Assembly: GCF_023169545.1 (NCBI RefSeq)
Contig: NZ_AP019769.1
Span: 90,001 to 122,000 of the forward strand
Direction: 5' to 3'
Source: Nanobdella aerobiophila
Lineage (GTDB): Archaea; Nanobdellota; Nanobdellia; Nanobdellales; Nanobdellaceae
Length of the DNA: 32,000 nucleotides
In this document: positions 1 to 7,481 of the stretch, one piece after another
Numbering within the stretch: the stretch's first letter is position 1
How the letters are laid out: each line of letters starts with the position of its first letter
Made by a program: the position numbers and the translations under genes
The notes under the pieces: generated by a model
Database searches by the model: none
What the model was told of the DNA's origin: nothing
The model's input: the letters and a program-made list of their open reading frames with translations, nothing else

Positions 1-1
1 T

Positions 2-718
2 ATATGGATTATTTGTAAATTGCTCAAAATTTTGTGCACAAGTATTTATAAAATTATTATTTAAAGCATTAGCGCAATCTACGAAGGAACATTGAGAAAA
101 TTCTCCAGATTGTGAAAATTGAACGCCTTCATTATATAAATAAAATGCAGGATTATCGGATACTGTTTGATTAGCGCTATAAGGATATATATATTCTGAA
201 TTATTATTATAAACGGTTAAATATATACCAGTCACGTATACAGGATATTCATAATTATAATTACCAGCTTCTATATTATTACACGAACCTAAAACACCAG
301 CATAATAATTTGTTGAAATATTGGTTTCTATATTGTAAGGATAATAATATTGTAATTTTTCTAAATCATATATACTATTATATATATTTGTTGCTATACC
401 CTCTTCTGTTAAATTACTATAATAATTTAAAGCAGCCTGGCATGATTGTGGAGCACCGCAGGCTTCTGGATATGCCGCCCAATATTCTTTTCCCCACGAA
501 TTTAACCCCGCTATATAAGATTGTGTGTACGCTTGTTGTGTAATTAAAGTATTTATATAACCTAGAAAATAATCTGTTAGTGTTACTGAAGAAGTGAATC
601 TTATAAATATTTCATTTTGTTTGGAACTTAATGATATAGATACAAAAGATAGTATTATAATTACAGTTATAAAAGCTATAAATAATAACACATATATAAA
701 TTCTATTTGATTTCTCAT
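2..718 (-). CDS. Pilin-like/secreted surface protein, N-terminal 239 aa (gene runs off the left edge)
   Basis: Not in the ORF track because it is open-ended. I translated the minus strand by hand from the ATG at 718-716: MRNQIEFIYVLLFIAFITVIIILSFVSI... It stays open to position 2. The ATG lies 2 nt after the stop of the upstream gene (721). The N-terminus is M-R-x-Q plus a hydrophobic helix, like other operon members. The mature part is Y/N/S/C-rich (..AAYPEACGAPQSCQAALNYY..). Confidence 0.6.
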   Translation of the reverse strand, partial: MRNQIEFIYVLLFIAFITVIIILSFVSISLSSKQNEIFIRFTSSVTLTDYFLGYINTLITQQAYTQSYIAGLNSWGKEYWAAYPEACGAPQSCQAALNYYSNLTEEGIATNIYNSIYDLEKLQYYYPYNIETNISTNYYAGVLGSCNNIEAGNYNYEYPVYVTGIYLTVYNNNSEYIYPYSANQTVSDNPAFYLYNEGVQFSQSGEFSQCSFVDCANALNNNFINTCAQNFEQFTNNPY

Positions 719-720
719 TA

Positions 721-1926
721 TTATATCTTAGTATGTAAATATATAAGTGTTAATATTGATAATGTAACGATAACTCCATGAATTACACCTAAACTTAGTG
801 CAAGATTTGGTAAGCTAAATATTGGTAATAAGAAAGAATTCATTCCTGGAGCAATACCAAATATTTCATTTTCTAATAATTCGCCAGATACCAATTGGAA
901 TATTAATAAAATACCTAAAGTTATTCCTATAGATTTTTTCAATATATTAGTATTTTTTCTATTAAAAAAATAATGTATACCTAGAAAGAAAAATATAAAT
1001 GATATAATTATTCTTGTATGTAAGAGATACATTAGATAGCTATCATAAAATAAATATAAAACGCCAAAAAATATCTGTAAATTATATAAAAATAATAGTA
1101 TAATGCTATAAAATGATACAAATTTATTTTTTAATTTTTTATATATTAAATAAAATATTATATACTCATATATTGATATAAAAATCATTGATAAAGATAT
1201 ATATTTATAATATGGGTCATTTATATTTGGATGTTTTATATAAAATAATGATAAAATAATTGAATATATTAGCTGTATAAATATTATAATTTGAGTTGCA
1301 TATATAATTATTTTTTTATAATTATTTATTTTATTTAATTTTGATAAATCTATACCATTGTTTTTATTTAGATAATTATATAAAAATATAGGTATTAATG
1401 TTATTAATATTAAAAATTCAAATAAATACTCTGCTATATCTGTCTTATAAAATAAATAAGCTATATTTATAACTATTTGTGGTAATATAACATCAACATC
1501 AGTTCCAATTACATTTATTACAGTATTTATAAATAATAGGATAATAAAATAAGATAATAAGAATATATAAATTATTAATTGTTTTTTTGATATCTTTAGA
1601 TTATTTATTATTAATGATTGTCCAATAAAATACGCTAATAGATAAAAGAAAATATATAAATAAAATAATTCTGCTATAAAATTATGGAATGTATTTATTG
1701 AAAAAATTTCTAAAGGAAATAATAGATATATAATTTTATAATTATTATAAGTTGTTTTTGTATACTTTAGTAATAATAAAAGTATTGGTATATAAATTAT
1801 ACCAAATATAATATTAAATATGTTTATACCAAATAATATATAATTTTTATTCCATATCTTAATAAAAGAAAATGATAATAATATTATTAGATAATAAAAA
1901 ATAAATTTTTTATTATTGTCTACCAT
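721..1926 (-). CDS. Polytopic integral membrane protein (about 11-12 predicted TM helices), function unknown
   Basis: 401-aa ORF with an ATG start that overlaps the upstream gene by 7 nt. Almost entirely I/L/F/Y hydrophobic segments separated by short K/N loops. It has no cysteine and no motif I recognise. Confidence 0.6.
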   Translation of the reverse strand: MVDNNKKFIFYYLIILLSFSFIKIWNKNYILFGINIFNIIFGIIYIPILLLLLKYTKTTYNNYKIIYLLFPLEIFSINTFHNFIAELFYLYIFFYLLAYFIGQSLIINNLKISKKQLIIYIFLLSYFIILLFINTVINVIGTDVDVILPQIVINIAYLFYKTDIAEYLFEFLILITLIPIFLYNYLNKNNGIDLSKLNKINNYKKIIIYATQIIIFIQLIYSIILSLFYIKHPNINDPYYKYISLSMIFISIYEYIIFYLIYKKLKNKFVSFYSIILLFLYNLQIFFGVLYLFYDSYLMYLLHTRIIISFIFFFLGIHYFFNRKNTNILKKSIGITLGILLIFQLVSGELLENEIFGIAPGMNSFLLPIFSLPNLALSLGVIHGVIVTLSILTLIYLHTKI

Positions 1927-3488
1927 GTATCTAGCACTCCAACCAGATATCCGCCCAAGTTTAGTTTAGGAATTGGCAAATAAAAATAATATGTATATAA
2001 ATTTTGGTTTTTTGGTATTGGATATCCTAATGATATGCTATTTCCTTGCCCATTATATAAATATGCATTTAATTCATATACATTACCATTGCTTGTTGTA
2101 CAGAATACTCTTGGCATTGCGATTCCATTAGATCCAGGATGTGGATCCCAATATGCTGCAGATATAATTATATATGGATTATTTGGATCTCTATTAATTA
2201 TTGCCCATTTTGTTATATTAAATTCATATAATCCTGCGCTATTCTCATTTTGATTTATTTGATATACTAAAGGACATTGTTTTCCAACTATTATACCACT
2301 TACATTTTCTATATTTTGAAATACTCCTACAGGACATGTTAAGATGCCTCCATTTGTTGTAGATACTGTACAATATGGTGCTGCAGCTAAAAATATATAA
2401 TCGGGCTGTCCGGTTGAATTTAAATAAGATATATATAATCTTATAACTTCATGCCAAGGGTAATCTATATATACATCCTGACAAGATGGCGGTATATATA
2501 CTTTTCCTCTATAAAATGAACCGACTATCGAAGAACCAGAATTTATTAGACCAAGATCCTGCGCTAGTTGCGTTATATCTGTTGCAGTTTTATATATTGG
2601 TGGGTTTGGATAATAATATCCTTCGCCACTATATGCTCCGCCTACAACAATATATTGTCCATAAAAGAAAGATGGTAATGTATAGTTTGGTGCTACTGGA
2701 ACCATCCAACCATCATCAAGATCTTGAAATAATTCCCAATTACCATTCTGGCAAAATACAGATGCGTTTGTAAAATCCTCTCCAGGAAATAAGGTTGATA
2801 ATGATGTACAGAATCCACTAATTTCAGCTTCAGAGGTACAAAAATATGGGCCATATAATCCTCCCAAGCCCCATGAACCACAAGAATTATCTTCATGAAA
2901 TGGTGCAGTTGCATTTACCCAACCAGCACCATGTATATTTTCATATTCTGCTCCTTGATAAGCATATGATACGGAATATTCAGGAGAATATACAGTTTCA
3001 GTATAATCATTAATATAACTAGTATTGTAATTCCATTGATACCATTGAACTCCATTTGTATTATTTGGTGGATTTATTTCACAAGAGTCCCAATCATATA
3101 TATTTCCAGTAACTAAAAACATTTGAACGATCCATCCTGTTATAGATGGTAAATAATATATTGTTAAATTCCAGTTATTACCATATATACTATCGAAATA
3201 ATTATATAGATCCTGAGTTATATTTGTACATGTGTTATCATTTATACAATATTCATTATTTTCTGATGTAGATAAATAAGATAATAAAAATGAGTATGAT
3301 TGATTTACGCTATCATTATTAATATATGATAATAAATCTACACTATTTTGAATAGTCAATGAATATTGATTTTCTGGTATATATTTATTTGTTATATTAT
3401 TATATGTTATTATAAAATATAAAATAAAAGATAAAACTATTATTCCAGTTATAACTATAATTATTATATAATTTACTTGGCTTTTCAT
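1920..3488 (-). CDS. Large secreted or N-terminally anchored Cys-rich surface protein, orphan
   Basis: 522 aa. The N-terminus MKSQVNYIIIIVITGIIVLSFILYF is M-K-x-Q plus a hydrophobic helix. It forms an ATGA overlap with the upstream gene at 3485-3488. The mature part is rich in N/Y/G/S/C with many N-x-S/T sequons. I counted only about a dozen K+R in 522 aa. No recognisable domain. Confidence 0.65.
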   Translation of the reverse strand: MKSQVNYIIIIVITGIIVLSFILYFIITYNNITNKYIPENQYSLTIQNSVDLLSYINNDSVNQSYSFLLSYLSTSENNEYCINDNTCTNITQDLYNYFDSIYGNNWNLTIYYLPSITGWIVQMFLVTGNIYDWDSCEINPPNNTNGVQWYQWNYNTSYINDYTETVYSPEYSVSYAYQGAEYENIHGAGWVNATAPFHEDNSCGSWGLGGLYGPYFCTSEAEISGFCTSLSTLFPGEDFTNASVFCQNGNWELFQDLDDGWMVPVAPNYTLPSFFYGQYIVVGGAYSGEGYYYPNPPIYKTATDITQLAQDLGLINSGSSIVGSFYRGKVYIPPSCQDVYIDYPWHEVIRLYISYLNSTGQPDYIFLAAAPYCTVSTTNGGILTCPVGVFQNIENVSGIIVGKQCPLVYQINQNENSAGLYEFNITKWAIINRDPNNPYIIISAAYWDPHPGSNGIAMPRVFCTTSNGNVYELNAYLYNGQGNSISLGYPIPKNQNLYTYYFYLPIPKLNLGGYLVGVLDTW

Positions 3489-4342
3489 TTTATATAATAT
3501 AATATTATTATTAATAAGCCTATAATTATTATAATTACCGATAATATTGGTAATATATTATACTCATTATTATTATACTCCGTTTTAGTCAAATTTTCTT
3601 CATTATTTAAATATATATTATTTATAGAACTATTAGTCATTATCTGACTTGTCTGGTTATTATATATACATGTAAATACTCCATAACAATTTACTTCTAT
3701 ATTGTTTGGAGGTGGGCATTCTTTTAAAAATTCATTATATAATTTTTGTAAAGAATAATTATATGGGCATCTATACCAATCTCCATTAAAACTTTCATTT
3801 TCTGGGCAATAACCACATGATTGCTCTATATATAATGCAGAATATATATTATTATATTCCGTAGAATTATAATTTCCAGGTATATATGGAGGGTTAAAAC
3901 ATGGATATGGAACTTCTGAACAGGATTGAACAATCCATGGTGTATCTGAACAGCTTACTATATTATTACATGCAGATAATATAGGATATACATCTTGATA
4001 TGAGCTTTCTGGAACTAATGCTAAAGGATCTATCTCTGTTCCATTAGGATAAATACATAAGAACTGAGTTATTGTTGTATTATCTATGGTTAAATTTTGT
4101 ATTATGGAACTTAGATTATAGTGATAGCAGAAATTATATTTTTCAGGAACCTGTCCATAATAATAATTAAATGCATTAAATGTATTACCATCTACTATAC
4201 AATATTCTCCAGTTGAGTTCGCATAAAATACTCCACCTCCATATTGGCAAAATACTGCTACAGGATTTTTTAATGAATATATATTATATACAAATAATAA
4301 TGAAATTAAAAAAATTATAATATTACGATATATATGTGACAT
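3485..4342 (-). CDS. Cys-rich surface protein with DUF333-like N-terminal module and C-terminal TM anchor
   Basis: 285 aa with a Sec-type signal (MSHIYRNIIIFLISLLFVYNIYS). The next segment, KNPVAVFCQYGGGVFYANSTGEYCIVDGNTFNAFNYYYG, resembles the DUF333 pattern (NPA..yC...GG....G..C.l.dG...W.y..G). It has 14 Cys, about 11 N-x-S/T sequons and a C-terminal hydrophobic anchor (ILPILSVIIIIIGLLIIILYYIK). Confidence 0.55.
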   Translation of the reverse strand: MSHIYRNIIIFLISLLFVYNIYSLKNPVAVFCQYGGGVFYANSTGEYCIVDGNTFNAFNYYYGQVPEKYNFCYHYNLSSIIQNLTIDNTTITQFLCIYPNGTEIDPLALVPESSYQDVYPILSACNNIVSCSDTPWIVQSCSEVPYPCFNPPYIPGNYNSTEYNNIYSALYIEQSCGYCPENESFNGDWYRCPYNYSLQKLYNEFLKECPPPNNIEVNCYGVFTCIYNNQTSQIMTNSSINNIYLNNEENLTKTEYNNNEYNILPILSVIIIIIGLLIIILYYIK

Positions 4343-5831
4343 TGTTTATAGAAATAATATAATAAGGAAGGCTTTGGCCGTATGGTGTTGAATTATAAGG
4401 AACATATATATATCCATTATTCATCCAATATACTCCTCCACAGTTATATCCACTTCCAAGTACTTTTTGTACATAATAATTACAAAAATTTTGGTTTAAA
4501 AATAACTGACTGCACGATTGTATAGATATCATATTATTTGGTATAAGAAGTGGTGTTGTATCATAATAATTTGTTGTATTATATACTACTATGATGCATG
4601 CGGATTGTTGCCCCCATTCGTTTTGTATTATCCAACAACCAGGCTGATTATATTCTTCTTGGCATATATTTGAATTATCATTAAATCCTACTAATAATGT
4701 TGCATGTCCCGTTGCTTCTAGATAATAACTAGTATCTTGATTGGATAGACCACCTAAAAATCCACTTATACTTAATGGACCATAACATAGTAAATCTTGT
4801 TTTATTTGTTGGGTGCTTAAATCTCCTGATGGTGGCAGGGCTGCTAATTGTCCTCCTGGTCCTATAGCCTCTTCACTATCTAAAAATCCTGAAGCAAGAT
4901 ATTGTTCAGAATCTGGTACATAAATATTATTATTTGGTATACTATATGACTGTCCGCATACATCTCCTGGATAATTAGAAATATTTGTACTGCAGTCTGC
5001 CAGTTCTTGATAATATGTATTATAATTATTATCTGTTCCTATACCATATTCTTCTGAAAATTGTATTCCTTGATATGGTAATCCACCTAAACAACCCATT
5101 ACATCTTGGCAGTATCCTGGAGAATTTGGATTACCAACATTGCAGTTAACTGCAATTTCTGTTGGTGAAAGATACAAACTTAAATTTGGTAAATTATTAT
5201 ATATCATATAATTTGAGGCAATTGCATATGCAGCGCTCCATGCCCAGCAATCACCGCATGTACCTTGATTTCCAATGGGGGGTAAGTAACTATCTCCATT
5301 TACATCACCCCAGTTCCAAGAAGTTTGTCCTGTATAATTATATAAACAATCATTGCTTGATATTATATTATTTGAATTATTGGAATTAATTATCATATTA
5401 TACGTATTATTATCTATTAAATATTCAGATTCATTATAATTATTTGTTATATATATATGATTATTTGATTTTATAAAGTATATTTCATTTGGATATAATA
5501 AGTAATTTATTTCAGAATTATTATTATATAAGGATATATTATAATTATTAAATGTTATTGAATAATTATTGTTGTTATAATTTAATACTATTGAATTATT
5601 GGCATAATATATTATTACATCATTTGGAACACTTAATCTTATAAAATAGTTGCCTTGAAATGTGGTTATTGTATTTTCCAAATTTTGTATATTTTGGACA
5701 AAATTTTGAAATTCTATATTTTGTTGTGATGTCTTTAAATTATAAATATATATATAATATATACCTATTGCTAGTCCAACTATTACTAATATTATTCCTA
5801 CATTCAATAAATTGATTTGAACTCTCTTCAT
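4323..5831 (-). CDS. Papain-family (peptidase C1) cysteine protease with pilin-like/signal-anchor N-terminus and Asn-rich stalk
   Basis: 502 aa. The active-site block PPIGNQGTCGDCWAWSAAYAI matches the papain Q19..C22GSC25W signature (Q189, C195; the Cys195 codon is at 5247-5249). ATGHATLLVGFND supplies the His (H376) and IIQNEWG supplies the Asn of the N-S-W-G motif (N404). The N-terminus is MKRVQINLLNVGIILVIVGLAIGIYYIY. Residues about 70-160 form an N/Y/I low-complexity region. Confidence 0.8.
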   Translation of the reverse strand: MKRVQINLLNVGIILVIVGLAIGIYYIYIYNLKTSQQNIEFQNFVQNIQNLENTITTFQGNYFIRLSVPNDVIIYYANNSIVLNYNNNNYSITFNNYNISLYNNNSEINYLLYPNEIYFIKSNNHIYITNNYNESEYLIDNNTYNMIINSNNSNNIISSNDCLYNYTGQTSWNWGDVNGDSYLPPIGNQGTCGDCWAWSAAYAIASNYMIYNNLPNLSLYLSPTEIAVNCNVGNPNSPGYCQDVMGCLGGLPYQGIQFSEEYGIGTDNNYNTYYQELADCSTNISNYPGDVCGQSYSIPNNNIYVPDSEQYLASGFLDSEEAIGPGGQLAALPPSGDLSTQQIKQDLLCYGPLSISGFLGGLSNQDTSYYLEATGHATLLVGFNDNSNICQEEYNQPGCWIIQNEWGQQSACIIVVYNTTNYYDTTPLLIPNNMISIQSCSQLFLNQNFCNYYVQKVLGSGYNCGGVYWMNNGYIYVPYNSTPYGQSLPYYIISINNVTYIS

Positions 5832-5867
5832 AAATAGTTTTTTTATTAGTTTTATAATTTATATATT

Positions 5868-6290
5868 TTATGTAGATGAATATATCTCTATTGAGTTTGG
5901 ATTATTTTTATATATTGTTATTTCTATATTTTCTACATTATTATTTAGGTTAGCGTATTTATATAATGTATTATTATATGATATAGTACCTTCTATTATT
6001 ATATTACAACTTGAATTGTATTTTATATATTGATTATATATATAACAGGTTACTTCATTTCCATTAGATGATATATAATTTAGGTATTTTGATATTTGAA
6101 AATTTGTTGTTATACTGGTTCCATTGTTAGCATTACATACTTCTTCAATAGAATTAAATAAATTTTGGCACTGATTTATTTGATTTGATACAAGATAGAT
6201 TTCATTATTCATATAGCTAAATTTTAAATATAAGTACATTGAAATTCCAAATCCAATTACAGTTGCAATAAGCCAGAACCATTTTTCCAT
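5868..6290 (-). CDS. Small N-terminally anchored secreted protein (minor-pilin-like), unknown function
   Basis: 140 aa. It has an N-terminal hydrophobic helix (MEKWFWLIATVIGFGISMYLYL), then an N/I/Y/S-rich domain with 4 Cys. It sits in line with the pilin-like series. Confidence 0.55.
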   Translation of the reverse strand: MEKWFWLIATVIGFGISMYLYLKFSYMNNEIYLVSNQINQCQNLFNSIEEVCNANNGTSITTNFQISKYLNYISSNGNEVTCYIYNQYIKYNSSCNIIIEGTISYNNTLYKYANLNNNVENIEITIYKNNPNSIEIYSST

Positions 6291-6322
6291 TTTTATAAAA
6301 AATATTTATCTATATATAAAAA

Positions 6323-6730
6323 TTATTGTAATGATAAATATACATAATTTATATTTGAATTAATTAATATATAGTCACCTTGTTTTATATAATAATTACA
6401 ATTTTGAATCTGTACATTAGGATCTATACTTAATACATTATCTATTAATTGAGAACATGAAAAAGAATTTGTTCCATTATAATATACTAAATAACATAAT
6501 CCATTTTCTTTTTTATTATAACAAGAAATTATATCTAAAGATAATGTGTCTATAGATTGAACATTAGTTTCAACTACCGTGCTTGTACTATTAGGATGCG
6601 GAAGTGCAGTATTTATATAAGATACTAGATTACTTTTTATCATTAAGATTATACCAACGATTACTACTACTGCAATTATTCCTATAATTATTATAAATGT
6701 TAAATTTACGGGCATTTCTTGACCTTTCAT
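6323..6730 (-). CDS. Small pilin-like protein with class III-type signal peptide (MKGQ...)
   Basis: I prefer the second ATG (6730-6728) over the ORF-track start at 6736. It forms an ATGA overlap with the upstream stop (6727-6729) and gives MKGQEMPVNLTFIIIIGIIAVVVIV, a K-G-Q prepilin-like N-terminus. It has 4 Cys and the core motif DIISCYNKKENGLCYLVY, shared with the next gene upstream. Confidence 0.6.
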   Translation of the reverse strand: MKGQEMPVNLTFIIIIGIIAVVVIVGIILMIKSNLVSYINTALPHPNSTSTVVETNVQSIDTLSLDIISCYNKKENGLCYLVYYNGTNSFSCSQLIDNVLSIDPNVQIQNCNYYIKQGDYILINSNINYVYLSLQ

Positions 6731-7206
6731 TGCCATAATATTATATTTGTATTATTATAAATTATAAATATACTTTGATATGGTGTAAAATTTAATTGAT
6801 TATTTTCGTAATGAAATAATAAATTATTTGTATTAAAATTACTATATCTATTTAATATATATAATATATTTGTGGAATTAATGGATAAATTTTCATCAAT
6901 ATATACATCATAACAAACATTAAATAGGTTGTTTGTATTTATATTTTTATTATAGCAACTAATCACTAATCCAGCAATTGCATTTTCTATATAATCTTCT
7001 GTTTGGTTATTAAATTCTATGGTTTGCGTTTCTGGGTAGTATTTTAAACATGATGGAGAAAATGAGTCTGTGGATACTATACTTTCGCAATAATATTGTT
7101 TAGAGTTTAGAAAAAATTTATCATATATTATATATAAAAATATACTTATAGAGATTATTGCTACAATAATAATAAATGCCTGATCTATAGCAATATCATT
7201 TTTCAT
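6727..7206 (-). CDS. Small pilin-like/N-terminally anchored protein, paralog of 6323-6730
   Basis: 159 aa with the N-terminus MKNDIAIDQAFIIIVAIISISIFLYII. It forms an ATGA overlap with the upstream gene (7203-7206). It has 4 Cys and the motif LVISCYNKNINTNNLFNVCYDVY, parallel to ISCYNK..CYLVY in the neighbouring gene. Confidence 0.6.
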   Translation of the reverse strand: MKNDIAIDQAFIIIVAIISISIFLYIIYDKFFLNSKQYYCESIVSTDSFSPSCLKYYPETQTIEFNNQTEDYIENAIAGLVISCYNKNINTNNLFNVCYDVYIDENLSINSTNILYILNRYSNFNTNNLLFHYENNQLNFTPYQSIFIIYNNTNIILWQ

Positions 7207-7481
7207 ATATAACTTATATTTCCTTCATATATATATATTATTCTATTTCCTTCTGGAATTAGTAAATTATTTATTGTACAGTTTTGAGTTAAATATACTT
7301 TTATTTCTATTGTTTTATAATAGCTTTGGTTATATAAATTATTTAGTTCTTGGCAATTTATAGATCTTATATTATTATTTGTATCATTTACTTTATATAT
7401 ATAATAAAAAGAAAAACTAGCTGCTGCAATAATTAAGATAAAAGATATTAATAGTTCATATTGAATATTTTGAGCTTTCAT
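7203..7481 (-). CDS. Small pilin-like protein
   Basis: 92 aa with the N-terminus MKAQNIQYELLISFILIIAAASFSFYYIY: M-K-A-Q, an acidic residue, then a hydrophobic helix, as in class III signal peptides. It forms an ATGA overlap with the platform gene (7478-7481). Confidence 0.6.
   Translation of the reverse strand: MKAQNIQYELLISFILIIAAASFSFYYIYKVNDTNNNIRSINCQELNNLYNQSYYKTIEIKVYLTQNCTINNLLIPEGNRIIYIYEGNISYI

Noticed and set aside
721-1926. Considered the 401-aa membrane protein as the missing prepilin peptidase or as an archaeosortase.
   Set aside because: It has no GxGD-type motif (only IGTDVDV) and is much larger than A24 peptidases. It has no cysteine at all, so it cannot be a Cys-dependent archaeosortase.
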